44,459 nt of DNA from Patescibacteria group bacterium (GTDB taxonomy: Bacteria > Patescibacteriota > UBA1384 > XYA2-FULL-43-10 > 1-14-0-10-43-13): the NCBI GenBank assembly GCA_041671645.1, contig JBAZBD010000002.1, positions 1-44,459 of the forward strand, in the 5' to 3' direction. Both the position numbers and the translations under genes were made by a program. Positions within the stretch are counted from its first letter, which is position 1. The number at the start of each line of letters is the position of its first letter. Positions 9,804 to 17,892 of the stretch are shown in pieces. The notes beneath the pieces are model-generated. The model was not told the DNA's origin. It saw only the letters and a program-made list of their open reading frames with translations, and searched no databases.

Positions 9804-9830
9804 TTTTGGGTTGCTTTTCACAACCCAAAA
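9804..9830 (-). other. Perfect 10-bp intercistronic hairpin
   Basis: TTTTGGGTTG (9804-9813) pairs with CAACCCAAAA (9821-9830) across a 7-nt loop. It lies between the 109-aa membrane gene and the LysM/CHAP gene. There is no downstream U-run, so it is not a classical terminator. Confidence 0.4.
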
Positions 9831-9861
9831 CAATACTAACAGAGTAAAGATAGAAGTCAAA

Positions 9862-10191
9862 TTAATGCTTGTTGGTATTAGGGGAGAGCGTAGAGAATTT
9901 ATTTCTGTTTGAAAAATGAGCGAATGCGATCATTACCAGCCACGCCGCAATCACCATTAAAGTCATCGGCACCCCGTTATGCCAAATTTCCTTGATAATC
10001 GTTTCATAGCCAGCTGTGAAAAAAGGAAAATATAGAACTATCTCCCCATTTTTTATATGATCGATCAGGAGCATAATTGTTCCGCCGATCAACATCAAAT
10101 TCAGCCATTCAAAATGGAGGCCCTGCGGCACTTTTTTCTCAAAGGATTTGGTGACGATCAAAACAGCAGCTGGGGCGATTAAGCAGGCCAT
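9862..10191 (-). CDS. Small integral membrane protein, function unknown
   Basis: 109 aa with 3 predicted hydrophobic helices. A GAGAGGA SD lies directly upstream. It is packed tightly behind the ABC permease stop at 10205. Confidence 0.7.
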   Translation of the reverse strand: MACLIAPAAVLIVTKSFEKKVPQGLHFEWLNLMLIGGTIMLLIDHIKNGEIVLYFPFFTAGYETIIKEIWHNGVPMTLMVIAAWLVMIAFAHFSNRNKFSTLSPNTNKH

Positions 10192-10204
10192 ATTTTCCTC
10201 TCTA

Positions 10205-11665
10205 TTATTCGTATCTTAATGCGTCGACCGGATTCATCCGGGCGGCTTTGATTGCTGGCCCGAGCCCGGAAAGAAGTCCGACGAGAGTTGTAAAAGAAAT
10301 CGCACCGAGGACGAGCCACCAGGGGAAATTGCCGATATTATCGACCGGAATATTACCGAGATCGGCACCATATTTCGTGACCAAAATTTTTGCTAGACGG
10401 ACGAGGCCAAAGCTGATCGACAGGCCAAATACGCCTCCCCAGAATCCAAGCATGGCCGCTTCGAAAGTAAAGAGTCTGCGAATTGCCGCTCTGGTAGCAC
10501 CGCAGGCCCTCATCACACCGATTTCGCGGATTCGCTCGAAAGTAGCCATCACCATGGTGTTGATGATACCAATCGCGGCCACGAAGAGTGAGATCCCGCC
10601 GATCACGCCTAGGATGATGCTGACCATAGTGAAAATCTGATTTATCTTGGCGACCATGCTTTCTGCAGTGACCGCGCCATAGCCCATTTTTGTAATTTGT
10701 TCGCCAACGGCCTTGGAATTGTCTTTGTTGTCGATTTTCATTATGATCGAGCCGTATCCGTTGCGGTCGTAACTATTGGAATCCTTAACCAACTTCATTT
10801 CGCTAGATTCGCTACAAATGTCCCCATTGTTGTTGCTTTTATCGTTGCTGTATCTCTGTTGTTCTTGGCAAGCCTTCATGGCCGTTTCATCATTTTCCCA
10901 TCGGACAGAAGTCGTCAATCGTTTGACCCAATCCATCGAGATATAGTTTTGCTTGTCATCCATGGCGCCATTATCGACCACGCCCACGATCTCAGCCGCG
11001 ACAATAATATCTTTGTTCTGCTGATCGTCCCACCAAGACTTGTCAGCACCTTGCGGCGGCACTGGTGGCTTCTCGCCCCAATCTGGATAATTTCCCTGCA
11101 TGTAGAGTGAGACCTTCTTGCCGATCAAATCCTTGGGATTACTGTTAAACCCATAATAACTGGTGAAATACCCACCAACTACAATTTTATCGAGATCTTC
11201 GTTTTGAAGTTTACGGCCAGCCAGGAGGGGAAGGTCAAATACGCTCGAATCAGGCAGGTACCCGAGCAAACTCGATTCCTGGCTCTTCTTGTCAAATCCA
11301 TCAAGCTTAATTTTCTTGACCCAAGCTCCCATCGTCGGGGTAGCGCTTTCGACATGAGCAATTTTCTTGACCTCAATTAGGGTTGTATCGTCGATCTTCT
11401 TGGCGCCGCTGTCTGTATTCCAGTTACCAGATGAAATCAAACTCACATTTTCGAGATTATCGGCATCTTGGACTAACGTTACTAGATTAAACGCTCCCAT
11501 AGCCGAAAACGAGTCCATCAGCGATTGGCGGACTGATATTAGGATGGAGATCATCAAAATCAACGAGAGCGAGCCGACGGTCGTTGCCATTATTGTTAAG
11601 AAAGTACGAGATTTTTGGCGGGACAAATTCCGGATAGCCAGACGTATATAATCAAAAAAATTCAT
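10205..11665 (-). CDS. ABC transporter permease, MacB/FtsX type with a large extracytoplasmic domain
   Basis: 486 aa. The layout is an N-terminal TM, a ~300-aa soluble loop, then three C-terminal TMs ending in ...GLGPAIKAARMNPVDALRYE, a typical FtsX-family C-terminus. Confidence 0.85.
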   Translation of the reverse strand: MNFFDYIRLAIRNLSRQKSRTFLTIMATTVGSLSLILMISILISVRQSLMDSFSAMGAFNLVTLVQDADNLENVSLISSGNWNTDSGAKKIDDTTLIEVKKIAHVESATPTMGAWVKKIKLDGFDKKSQESSLLGYLPDSSVFDLPLLAGRKLQNEDLDKIVVGGYFTSYYGFNSNPKDLIGKKVSLYMQGNYPDWGEKPPVPPQGADKSWWDDQQNKDIIVAAEIVGVVDNGAMDDKQNYISMDWVKRLTTSVRWENDETAMKACQEQQRYSNDKSNNNGDICSESSEMKLVKDSNSYDRNGYGSIIMKIDNKDNSKAVGEQITKMGYGAVTAESMVAKINQIFTMVSIILGVIGGISLFVAAIGIINTMVMATFERIREIGVMRACGATRAAIRRLFTFEAAMLGFWGGVFGLSISFGLVRLAKILVTKYGADLGNIPVDNIGNFPWWLVLGAISFTTLVGLLSGLGPAIKAARMNPVDALRYE

Positions 11666-11679
11666 CTTCCTCTTCCTCC

Positions 11680-12342
11680 TTAGACTATCTTGCCGTCTTT
11701 AATAGTAATTACTCGTTTTGCTTGTCTAGCCACAGCAATATCGTGGGTGATGATGATCAGCGTCACCCCCAACTTCGAATTTAGAGTTTTCAATATTTCT
11801 ACGACCTCAGCACCTTTTCGAGAGTCGAGATTTCCGGTTGGCTCGTCTGCAATTATAATCTCAGGATTGTTGGCCAAAGCTCTAGCGATACATACGCGCT
11901 GGCGTTGCCCGCCTGATAGTTGGGTTGGTCGGTGATTCATCCGATCTTCGAGGCCGACCGCTTTCAAGCAATCTGTCGCTCGCTTCTTGCGTTCGGCGGA
12001 GGAAATACCGGCGAAAATCAGAGGGATCATCACATTCTCGAGCGCTGTATAGTTTGGTTGTAGATTGAAGGATTGGAAAATGAACCCGACTTTCTTGTTG
12101 CGATAATTAGAAAGCACAGTGTCGCTAACTTTCGAAATATTTTGGTCATCGACCAATACTTCGCCTTCGTCTGGAATATCAAGCCCACCAATAATATTGG
12201 CCAAGGTCGATTTGCCAGAACCAGAAGGACCAACAATGGCGATAAATTCACCTTTGTCGATTTTGAAATCTATATGGTCCAAAGCAAAAATCTTCTCTCC
12301 ACCGAGCTCGTAAACCCTTGAGATGTTATTTAGTTCAATCAT
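11680..12342 (-). CDS. ABC transporter ATP-binding protein (MacB/LolD-like)
   Basis: Walker A is GPSGSGKST, the signature is LSGGQRQRVCIARAL, and Walker B is IIIADEPTGNLD. Confidence 0.95.
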   Translation of the reverse strand: MIELNNISRVYELGGEKIFALDHIDFKIDKGEFIAIVGPSGSGKSTLANIIGGLDIPDEGEVLVDDQNISKVSDTVLSNYRNKKVGFIFQSFNLQPNYTALENVMIPLIFAGISSAERKKRATDCLKAVGLEDRMNHRPTQLSGGQRQRVCIARALANNPEIIIADEPTGNLDSRKGAEVVEILKTLNSKLGVTLIIITHDIAVARQAKRVITIKDGKIV

Positions 12343-12372
12343 ATTCCCCTCACTTACATTTATTATGTAGGG

Positions 12373-12918
12373 CTAATTCCAAGGAATACATCCAATGACG
12401 TCAGCCGAAGATGATACCTGGTAGGATTCTTTTGAATCGTTGGCGGGGCAACCGGGATAATAGAAGTCTCCTGCGATTTTTCTGGCGTCTTCTTCGGTCG
12501 TGCTGTCTTTAATTTGTTCAGACAATGTATAGGCGACAAAGTGTTTGCCGTTGCTTCCGTAGTGGTAGCCACCATTAGATCGGTCTGGAGAGGGGTCTTT
12601 CGGTACAGCAGTGAGATACTTCTTGAATTCAGCCATCACTGCTGTAGTAAAGTCGTCAGGATCGTTCATGTCAAGATACCTTACCCCTTCTGGATCGCAT
12701 GGATCTCCTGGCCAGCTTTTCGTGCAGAGATAGTGTTTGGCCTCCGTCTTGTACATCTCGGCAGCGTTGCCTATGGTCTGGAGGTCAGTTTTTCTCTTGG
12801 CATCTCTAGATTTAGTTTGAGATGAAAGAATTCCGACGGAAACGATCGTGGTCAAGAGCCCGATAATGAAAATGACGAGCATTATCTCGACCAATGTAAA
12901 ACCTTTTATCTTTTTCAT
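12373..12918 (-). CDS. Type IV pilin / pseudopilin-like protein (prepilin N-terminal methylation domain)
   Basis: The class III signal is MKKIKGFTLVEIMLVIFIIGLLTTIV, with a G/F cleavage site and Glu+5. A ~150-aa globular domain with several Cys follows. A GTGAGGGG SD lies upstream. Confidence 0.85.
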   Translation of the reverse strand: MKKIKGFTLVEIMLVIFIIGLLTTIVSVGILSSQTKSRDAKRKTDLQTIGNAAEMYKTEAKHYLCTKSWPGDPCDPEGVRYLDMNDPDDFTTAVMAEFKKYLTAVPKDPSPDRSNGGYHYGSNGKHFVAYTLSEQIKDSTTEEDARKIAGDFYYPGCPANDSKESYQVSSSADVIGCIPWN

Positions 12919-13040
12919 AACCCCTCACTTAGAAAATAATATTTGTCTAATTATATCATAAAATTGTAGCAATATACGAAGCAGTTTGTTTTGCCAAAAC
13001 TTTATTGTATAATATGGGAAACATCATAATGGGAGGGAAG

Positions 13041-13154
13041 ATGAGAAGCAAAGATTTGAAAGACAAGAAGATTCAAAACAAGGTTCTTTTGCTCATGGTA
13101 CTTGTGGCGGCCGTTTTTGTCATTGTAGCAGTTGCCTTTGGTTCGAGATTATAG
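13041..13154 (+). CDS. Unannotated 37-aa single-TM micro-protein (below the ORF-track size cutoff)
   Basis: The ATG at 13041 is preceded by GGGAGGGAAG (13031-13040). The product is MRSKDLKDKKIQNKVLLLMVLVAAVFVIVAVAFGSRL, with a basic N-terminus and one hydrophobic helix. The stop is TAG at 13152-13154. Confidence 0.5.
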   Translation: MRSKDLKDKKIQNKVLLLMVLVAAVFVIVAVAFGSRL

Positions 13155-13193
13155 TTTTCACAGAATTTTGAAGTCCGAAAATGTTCTTTGCCT

Positions 13194-13222
13194 TTGGCCG
13201 GGGACATTTTTGTTGATATAAT
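13194..13222 (+). promoter_or_regulatory. Sigma70-type promoter placed for a leaderless or near-leaderless transcript of the gmk-fusion gene
   Basis: TTGGCC (13194-13199), a 17-nt spacer, then TATAAT (13217-13222). The ATG at 13231 is only 8 nt past the -10 box and no SD lies between them. Confidence 0.4.
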
Positions 13223-13230
13223 GTTTTCAC

Positions 13231-15369
13231 ATGGCAAAGCAAAAAAATTTCATCTTAGCGATTTCTGGAGTTTCTGGCGCCGGCAAGACTTCCGTGGCCA
13301 AGGTTCTAGAGAGTAATTCAGAATTTCAATCCATACCTTCCTGCACCACGAGGTTGCCAAGACCAGGCGAGACCAACGGCGTGGATTATTTTTTCATCTC
13401 AGATGAAGAATTCGATCTCCTGAAGGCCAAGAAAGCCTTTGTCGAATCGGTTGAGGCCAATGGGGCTAGATACGGGAAGAGAAAAGTTGATTTTGACAAT
13501 GCTTTCAAAGCAGGCAAGACTCCTTACATTATTGTCGATTTCAAGGGCATTCTTGAGTACAAGAAGAAATTCAAATCTGCCCTCACTATATATATTGCTC
13601 CGCCCAGCATAGAGGACGCAATCGAACGGTTGAAAAAGAGGGGGACAGAAACCGCAGACCAGATTAAAATTCGTCTTTCCCAATACAAAAATGATATTGC
13701 TGGGGAGAAGGGGTGCGACTACACGATCGTCAACGATTCTTTGGAGCGAGCGCAAGCGGAACTTCTCCAAATCGTCGAAAAAGAAAAGAAAAAACGCCAG
13801 GCAAGAAAAAATATTGCCAGATATCTCCTTTTGCCGCTTCTATTTTTATTTCTCGCTGGTGCCGCGTACGCCAGCCAAGAAGTTGATTTCAAGAATTTAC
13901 CTTATATAAATAAGTTTTTCCCCGTAGAGACGGAGGAGGTCAAATCGACCGAAGAAGCCGTCGCCCCGGCCGAAACCGCACCAGCGGCAGTCGAAACCCC
14001 CACGATTGTAGCCCCACCGCCCAAGGCAGTCGCCAATACAATCAAGAAGGCTCCGCCTAAGACAGAAGCGCCCAAAACCACCCCAGTTGAGGAAACTAAG
14101 CAAAACACCGATGGCTCAGCCACTACTACAGTTTCAACCAGTGGTGGAGCTAGCTCGGCTGATCTTGCCAAAGCCGCTGCTTCAGCCGGCGTTGTTGTCA
14201 ATTCAATCTCCGACATTCCCTTTACTGATCAAACTGGTAGTCACTCTGATTTGGGCCAAATCCTAAAGGATTATTTGAGCTCGACGTTGGAGCATCGCGA
14301 TGAAGTAACTTCGCTAAAATCAATTACTCTCGAGGACGCTGGCGCGACTGGCTGGAACGGACAGTACTTGGGCTCTTATACAATCGGCTCAGACGGCCGT
14401 GATATCACAAGTGCAAACGGCACAATAATTTTGAATTCTTACTATTATAATGACTCGCCAATTTTCAATGACTACATGAAACTGATTTTTTCTCATGAGT
14501 ATGGACATCACTACACGCTCTATCACAAGTGGGTTGACTGGGATCTCTCGATCACAGAACGCCTGCCAGACAGCTACTATTCGACACGTCCTCTCTCGGA
14601 AACAACGACCGCAGTTGACTACTCCTTGGGCTGGCGCAATTGCGAATCTGAGATAATCGCCGAAGATTATTCATATATATATTCAGGCTACGGCGTCAAT
14701 GCGATGGCTGCTACTTACGGCTATCCGAGTTCTGCGCTCAGATCATGGTTAGAACAGATCGGTAGTTCGGAGCTGTTGTCCTCAACTGTCGCCAACAATC
14801 CGCCAATCTTAACGATTACCGCGCCTTCAGTTAGCGCTAATTTATCTGGCACTGCGGATTTCTCAGCTGATGCCACCGACGATCACGGGGTCGGCAAAGT
14901 CTCGTTTTATATTGACGAAAATTTAATTTCGGAGGATTCCACAGCACCTTATGCGGCGCCAATCACTACATTAAATTACCAGAACGGCGCCCATACTCTC
15001 AAAGCGGTTGCAACGGACGGGGTTTTGACGGCTGAGCAGTCAATAATTGTGAGTATCGACAATCAAACTAACGACACAGAGAAGCCAACTATCTCGGTCC
15101 TTTCACCAGACAGTAATCCTATTACTATCACGCAAAACAATCTTCTAATTCATGCTGTCGCTACTGACAACGATCAGGTCGCCAAAATCGAGATGTATCA
15201 CAACGACACCTTACAGGAAAGCTGGGACACTTCGGATCTCAGCTTGAAAATTACCCTGAGCACGCCAGGAACTTATGATCTTAAATTCAAGGCATACGAC
15301 AGGGCCGGCAATAGCGTTGAGATAGTTTTGTCAGTCATCCGTGCTCTTCTGACACCACCGACTCCATAG
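13231..15369 (+). CDS. gmk: Guanylate kinase fused to a TM helix, a Pro/Ala/Thr-rich linker, an HExxH putative metallopeptidase-like domain and two Ig-like domains
   Basis: aa 1-185 show the Gmk fold: P-loop GVSGAGKTS, SCTTRLPRPGETNGVDYFF, GARYGK. The TM is YLLLPLLFLFLAGAAYA (aa ~198-214). The linker spans aa 240-300. HEYGH lies at aa 422-426 (nt 14494-14508). The C-terminus has two ~90-aa Ig-like repeats (DDHGVGKVSFY...; DNDQVAKIEMY...). Confidence 0.85.
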   Translation: MAKQKNFILAISGVSGAGKTSVAKVLESNSEFQSIPSCTTRLPRPGETNGVDYFFISDEEFDLLKAKKAFVESVEANGARYGKRKVDFDNAFKAGKTPYIIVDFKGILEYKKKFKSALTIYIAPPSIEDAIERLKKRGTETADQIKIRLSQYKNDIAGEKGCDYTIVNDSLERAQAELLQIVEKEKKKRQARKNIARYLLLPLLFLFLAGAAYASQEVDFKNLPYINKFFPVETEEVKSTEEAVAPAETAPAAVETPTIVAPPPKAVANTIKKAPPKTEAPKTTPVEETKQNTDGSATTTVSTSGGASSADLAKAAASAGVVVNSISDIPFTDQTGSHSDLGQILKDYLSSTLEHRDEVTSLKSITLEDAGATGWNGQYLGSYTIGSDGRDITSANGTIILNSYYYNDSPIFNDYMKLIFSHEYGHHYTLYHKWVDWDLSITERLPDSYYSTRPLSETTTAVDYSLGWRNCESEIIAEDYSYIYSGYGVNAMAATYGYPSSALRSWLEQIGSSELLSSTVANNPPILTITAPSVSANLSGTADFSADATDDHGVGKVSFYIDENLISEDSTAPYAAPITTLNYQNGAHTLKAVATDGVLTAEQSIIVSIDNQTNDTEKPTISVLSPDSNPITITQNNLLIHAVATDNDQVAKIEMYHNDTLQESWDTSDLSLKITLSTPGTYDLKFKAYDRAGNSVEIVLSVIRALLTPPTP

Positions 15370-15491
15370 CTGTAGTGCCTCGACTAGCAAGGCCTAATAA
15401 GGAAAGAGCTACCGATTAGCAGTAAATTTCATTCTGAAATTAGCTAGTCTAGCAGGCGTAAAAACTTGTCTGTTGATAAGTCCCAATAAAA

Positions 15492-15540
15492 GCACCATAT
15501 ATAGTGTTTAGCACCAGTGGCTTCATACTACATATGGTGC
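15492..15540 (+). promoter_or_regulatory. Two NrdR-box-like 16-mers that also form an inverted repeat (alternative reading: terminator hairpin of the upstream gene)
   Basis: GCACCATATATAGTGT (15492-15507) matches the remembered NrdR consensus acaCwAtATaTwGtgt at 14/16 positions. ATACTACATATGGTGC (15525-15540) matches at 12/16. The centre-to-centre distance is 33 bp. The two boxes are also mutually complementary and are followed by TTTTATATTTTT. Confidence 0.5.
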
Positions 15541-15558
15541 TTTTATATTTTTGTTTGA

Positions 15559-15587
15559 TTGACCGAACAAAAAGCGAAAGGTAGAAT
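15559..15587 (+). promoter_or_regulatory. Sigma70-type promoter of nrdDG
   Basis: TTGACC (15559-15564), a 17-nt spacer, then TAGAAT (15582-15587). An AGGAGGGAG SD lies at ~15628-15636, ahead of the ATG at 15642. Confidence 0.55.
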
Positions 15588-15641
15588 TAATCTTGCCACG
15601 AAAATTTATTCAATTTATTTATTTTTAGGAGGGAGACACAA

Positions 15642-17885
15642 ATGTTCACAAAGATCAGAAAACGAAACGGCAAGATGGTCGAATTCGATGTCGAGAAGAT
15701 TGCCAAAGCTATCGCCAAAGCCGGGCACGCTACTGGTGAGTTTGACGAAGCCGCGGCTCACAAATTGGCTTTGAAGGTGGCTAAATCTGCCGAGACCAAA
15801 GTACGTCGCAAAACACCAACAGTTGAGGAAATTCAAGACATTGTTGAGGATGTATTGCTCGATTCAAATTTTAAGCTTACTGCCAAATCATATATTATCT
15901 ATCGTCAAAAACATTCTGAGATGCGCGAATTGGCCGAGACTCAGAGAGTCGACCTGATGGAGCAGTATTTGAACAATCTTGACTGGCAGGTCAAGGAAAA
16001 TTCAAATATGGCTTATTCGCTTCAGGGTCTCAACAATTACGTCTCATCTGAAGTCTCGAAAAGTTATTGGCTTCACAAGGTTTATCCAGACGAAGTTGCT
16101 CGTGCTAATGCCGAGGGTGATATGCACATTCACGATCTAGACAAACTCTCTACATACTGTGTCGGATGGGATTTGCAGGATCTCTTGCGGGTAGGCTTCA
16201 AGGGAGCCGAAGGAAAAATCGAAAGCACACCAGCCAAACATTTGAAGACTGCGCTAGGCCAACTAGTCAATTTCTTCTACACACTTCAGGGCGAATCAGC
16301 CGGTGCCCAGGCCGTCTCAAACTTTGATACTTTGCTCGCTCCATTTATCCGATACGACAAACTTTCTCGTGCAGAAGTGAAGCAAGCGATGCAGGAATTT
16401 ATGTTCAATATGAACGTGCCAACTCGTGTTGGTTTCCAGACTCCTTTTACCAATGTCACGATGGATCTTACTTGCCCTGGCACTTTGGCCAACGAGCCAG
16501 TGATAATCGGCGGCAAACCTCAAAAGGAAACGTACAAGGAATTCGACAAAGAGAGAGATCTTTTCAACGACATCTTCGCCGAAGTAGTGGCTGAGGGCGA
16601 CGCCAAAGGAAGAGTATTTACTTTCCCAATCCCAACCTACAACATTACCAAGGATTTTGACTGGGGCAACAAAAATATCGACGGCATTTGGAAAATGACA
16701 GCCAAATACGGTATTCCATATTTCTCCAATTTCATTAACTCAGAGATGAGCCCAGACGATGCCAGAAGCATGTGTTGCCGACTTCGCCTGGACAATCGTG
16801 AGCTTCGCAAACGTGGCGGCGGACTCTTCGGCGCCAATCCACTGACCGGTTCGGTCGGTGTTGTCACTATTAACTTGCCACGACTTGGTTTCCGCTCACG
16901 TGACCGAAGAGAATTTTTTCACAATTTGTCATACATCATGGATCTTGCCAAAGATTCTCTCGAGATGAAAAGGAAAGTTCTAGAGCAAATGACCGACGCT
17001 GGGCTTTATCCTTTCTCCAAATTTTATCTTCGCGAGATCAAGAAACGAGACGGCCGCTACTGGGGCAATCACTTTTCCACCATCGGCTTGCTTGGTATGA
17101 ACGAAGCTGCCTTGAATCTTCTCGGCCGCGATATCGCTACTGCCGAAGGTCACCAGTTTGCTCGTGAGGTCCTGGAATTCATGAGAGAGAGAATGGCTCA
17201 ATATCAGAACGAAACTGGCAACTACTACAATCTTGAGGCTACTCCAGCCGAAGGTACTTCATATCGCTTGGCCCTAAAAGACAAGAAACGCTATCCTGAA
17301 ATTATGGTCGCCAACGAAAGCGCTTTTGAGGAGGGAATCGCCCCATATTACACCAATTCTTCCCACATCCCTGTCGACTACACCGACGACGCATTCGAAT
17401 TGCTCGATCTTCAGGATGATCTCCAGACCAAATACACTGGCGGCACAGTCATCCACTTATTTGTCGGAGAAGAGATCAAGGACACGGAAGCAGTCAAGAA
17501 TTTCGTCAAAACAGTTTGCGAAAACTATCATTTGCCTTACTTTACCATCACTCCAACCTTCTCAATCTGTCCAAATCACGGTTATATCGCCGGTAAGCAC
17601 ATGGTTTGCAAGAAGTGTGGAGCACAGAACGAAGTCTATTCCAGAATTGTTGGATATATCAGACCAATCCAACAGTGGAATGCGGGCAAACGCGCCGAGT
17701 TTGATGACCGAAATACCTACAAAGTTGACGCCAAATCAAAGATTAAAGCTTTGCAGATCGAAGAGGCTCAATCAGAAAGCTTGTTTGATGAGGTCAAAGG
17801 CAAAGTCGCTGACGCGGTCGAGACAGTCACGGCAGAATTGCTTCCCGCAGAGTTGACCAAGGCAGAGCAAGAAGCCTTAGTCTAA
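15642..17885 (+). CDS. nrdD: Anaerobic ribonucleoside-triphosphate reductase (class III), with N-terminal ATP-cone
   Basis: The ATP-cone starts the protein (MFTKIRKRNGKMVEFDVEKIAKAI). The C-terminal Zn ribbon is CPNHG...CKKCG. The glycyl-radical motif is SRIVGYIRP. Overall length and order are typical of NrdD. Confidence 0.95.
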   Translation: MFTKIRKRNGKMVEFDVEKIAKAIAKAGHATGEFDEAAAHKLALKVAKSAETKVRRKTPTVEEIQDIVEDVLLDSNFKLTAKSYIIYRQKHSEMRELAETQRVDLMEQYLNNLDWQVKENSNMAYSLQGLNNYVSSEVSKSYWLHKVYPDEVARANAEGDMHIHDLDKLSTYCVGWDLQDLLRVGFKGAEGKIESTPAKHLKTALGQLVNFFYTLQGESAGAQAVSNFDTLLAPFIRYDKLSRAEVKQAMQEFMFNMNVPTRVGFQTPFTNVTMDLTCPGTLANEPVIIGGKPQKETYKEFDKERDLFNDIFAEVVAEGDAKGRVFTFPIPTYNITKDFDWGNKNIDGIWKMTAKYGIPYFSNFINSEMSPDDARSMCCRLRLDNRELRKRGGGLFGANPLTGSVGVVTINLPRLGFRSRDRREFFHNLSYIMDLAKDSLEMKRKVLEQMTDAGLYPFSKFYLREIKKRDGRYWGNHFSTIGLLGMNEAALNLLGRDIATAEGHQFAREVLEFMRERMAQYQNETGNYYNLEATPAEGTSYRLALKDKKRYPEIMVANESAFEEGIAPYYTNSSHIPVDYTDDAFELLDLQDDLQTKYTGGTVIHLFVGEEIKDTEAVKNFVKTVCENYHLPYFTITPTFSICPNHGYIAGKHMVCKKCGAQNEVYSRIVGYIRPIQQWNAGKRAEFDDRNTYKVDAKSKIKALQIEEAQSESLFDEVKGKVADAVETVTAELLPAELTKAEQEALV

Positions 17886-17892
17886 GCTCAAG

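Noticed and set aside
17326-17856. A 176-aa plus-strand ORF in an alternate frame of nrdD.
   Set aside because: It lies entirely within the well-supported nrdD frame. Its product is Ser/Arg/Thr-rich with no motifs.
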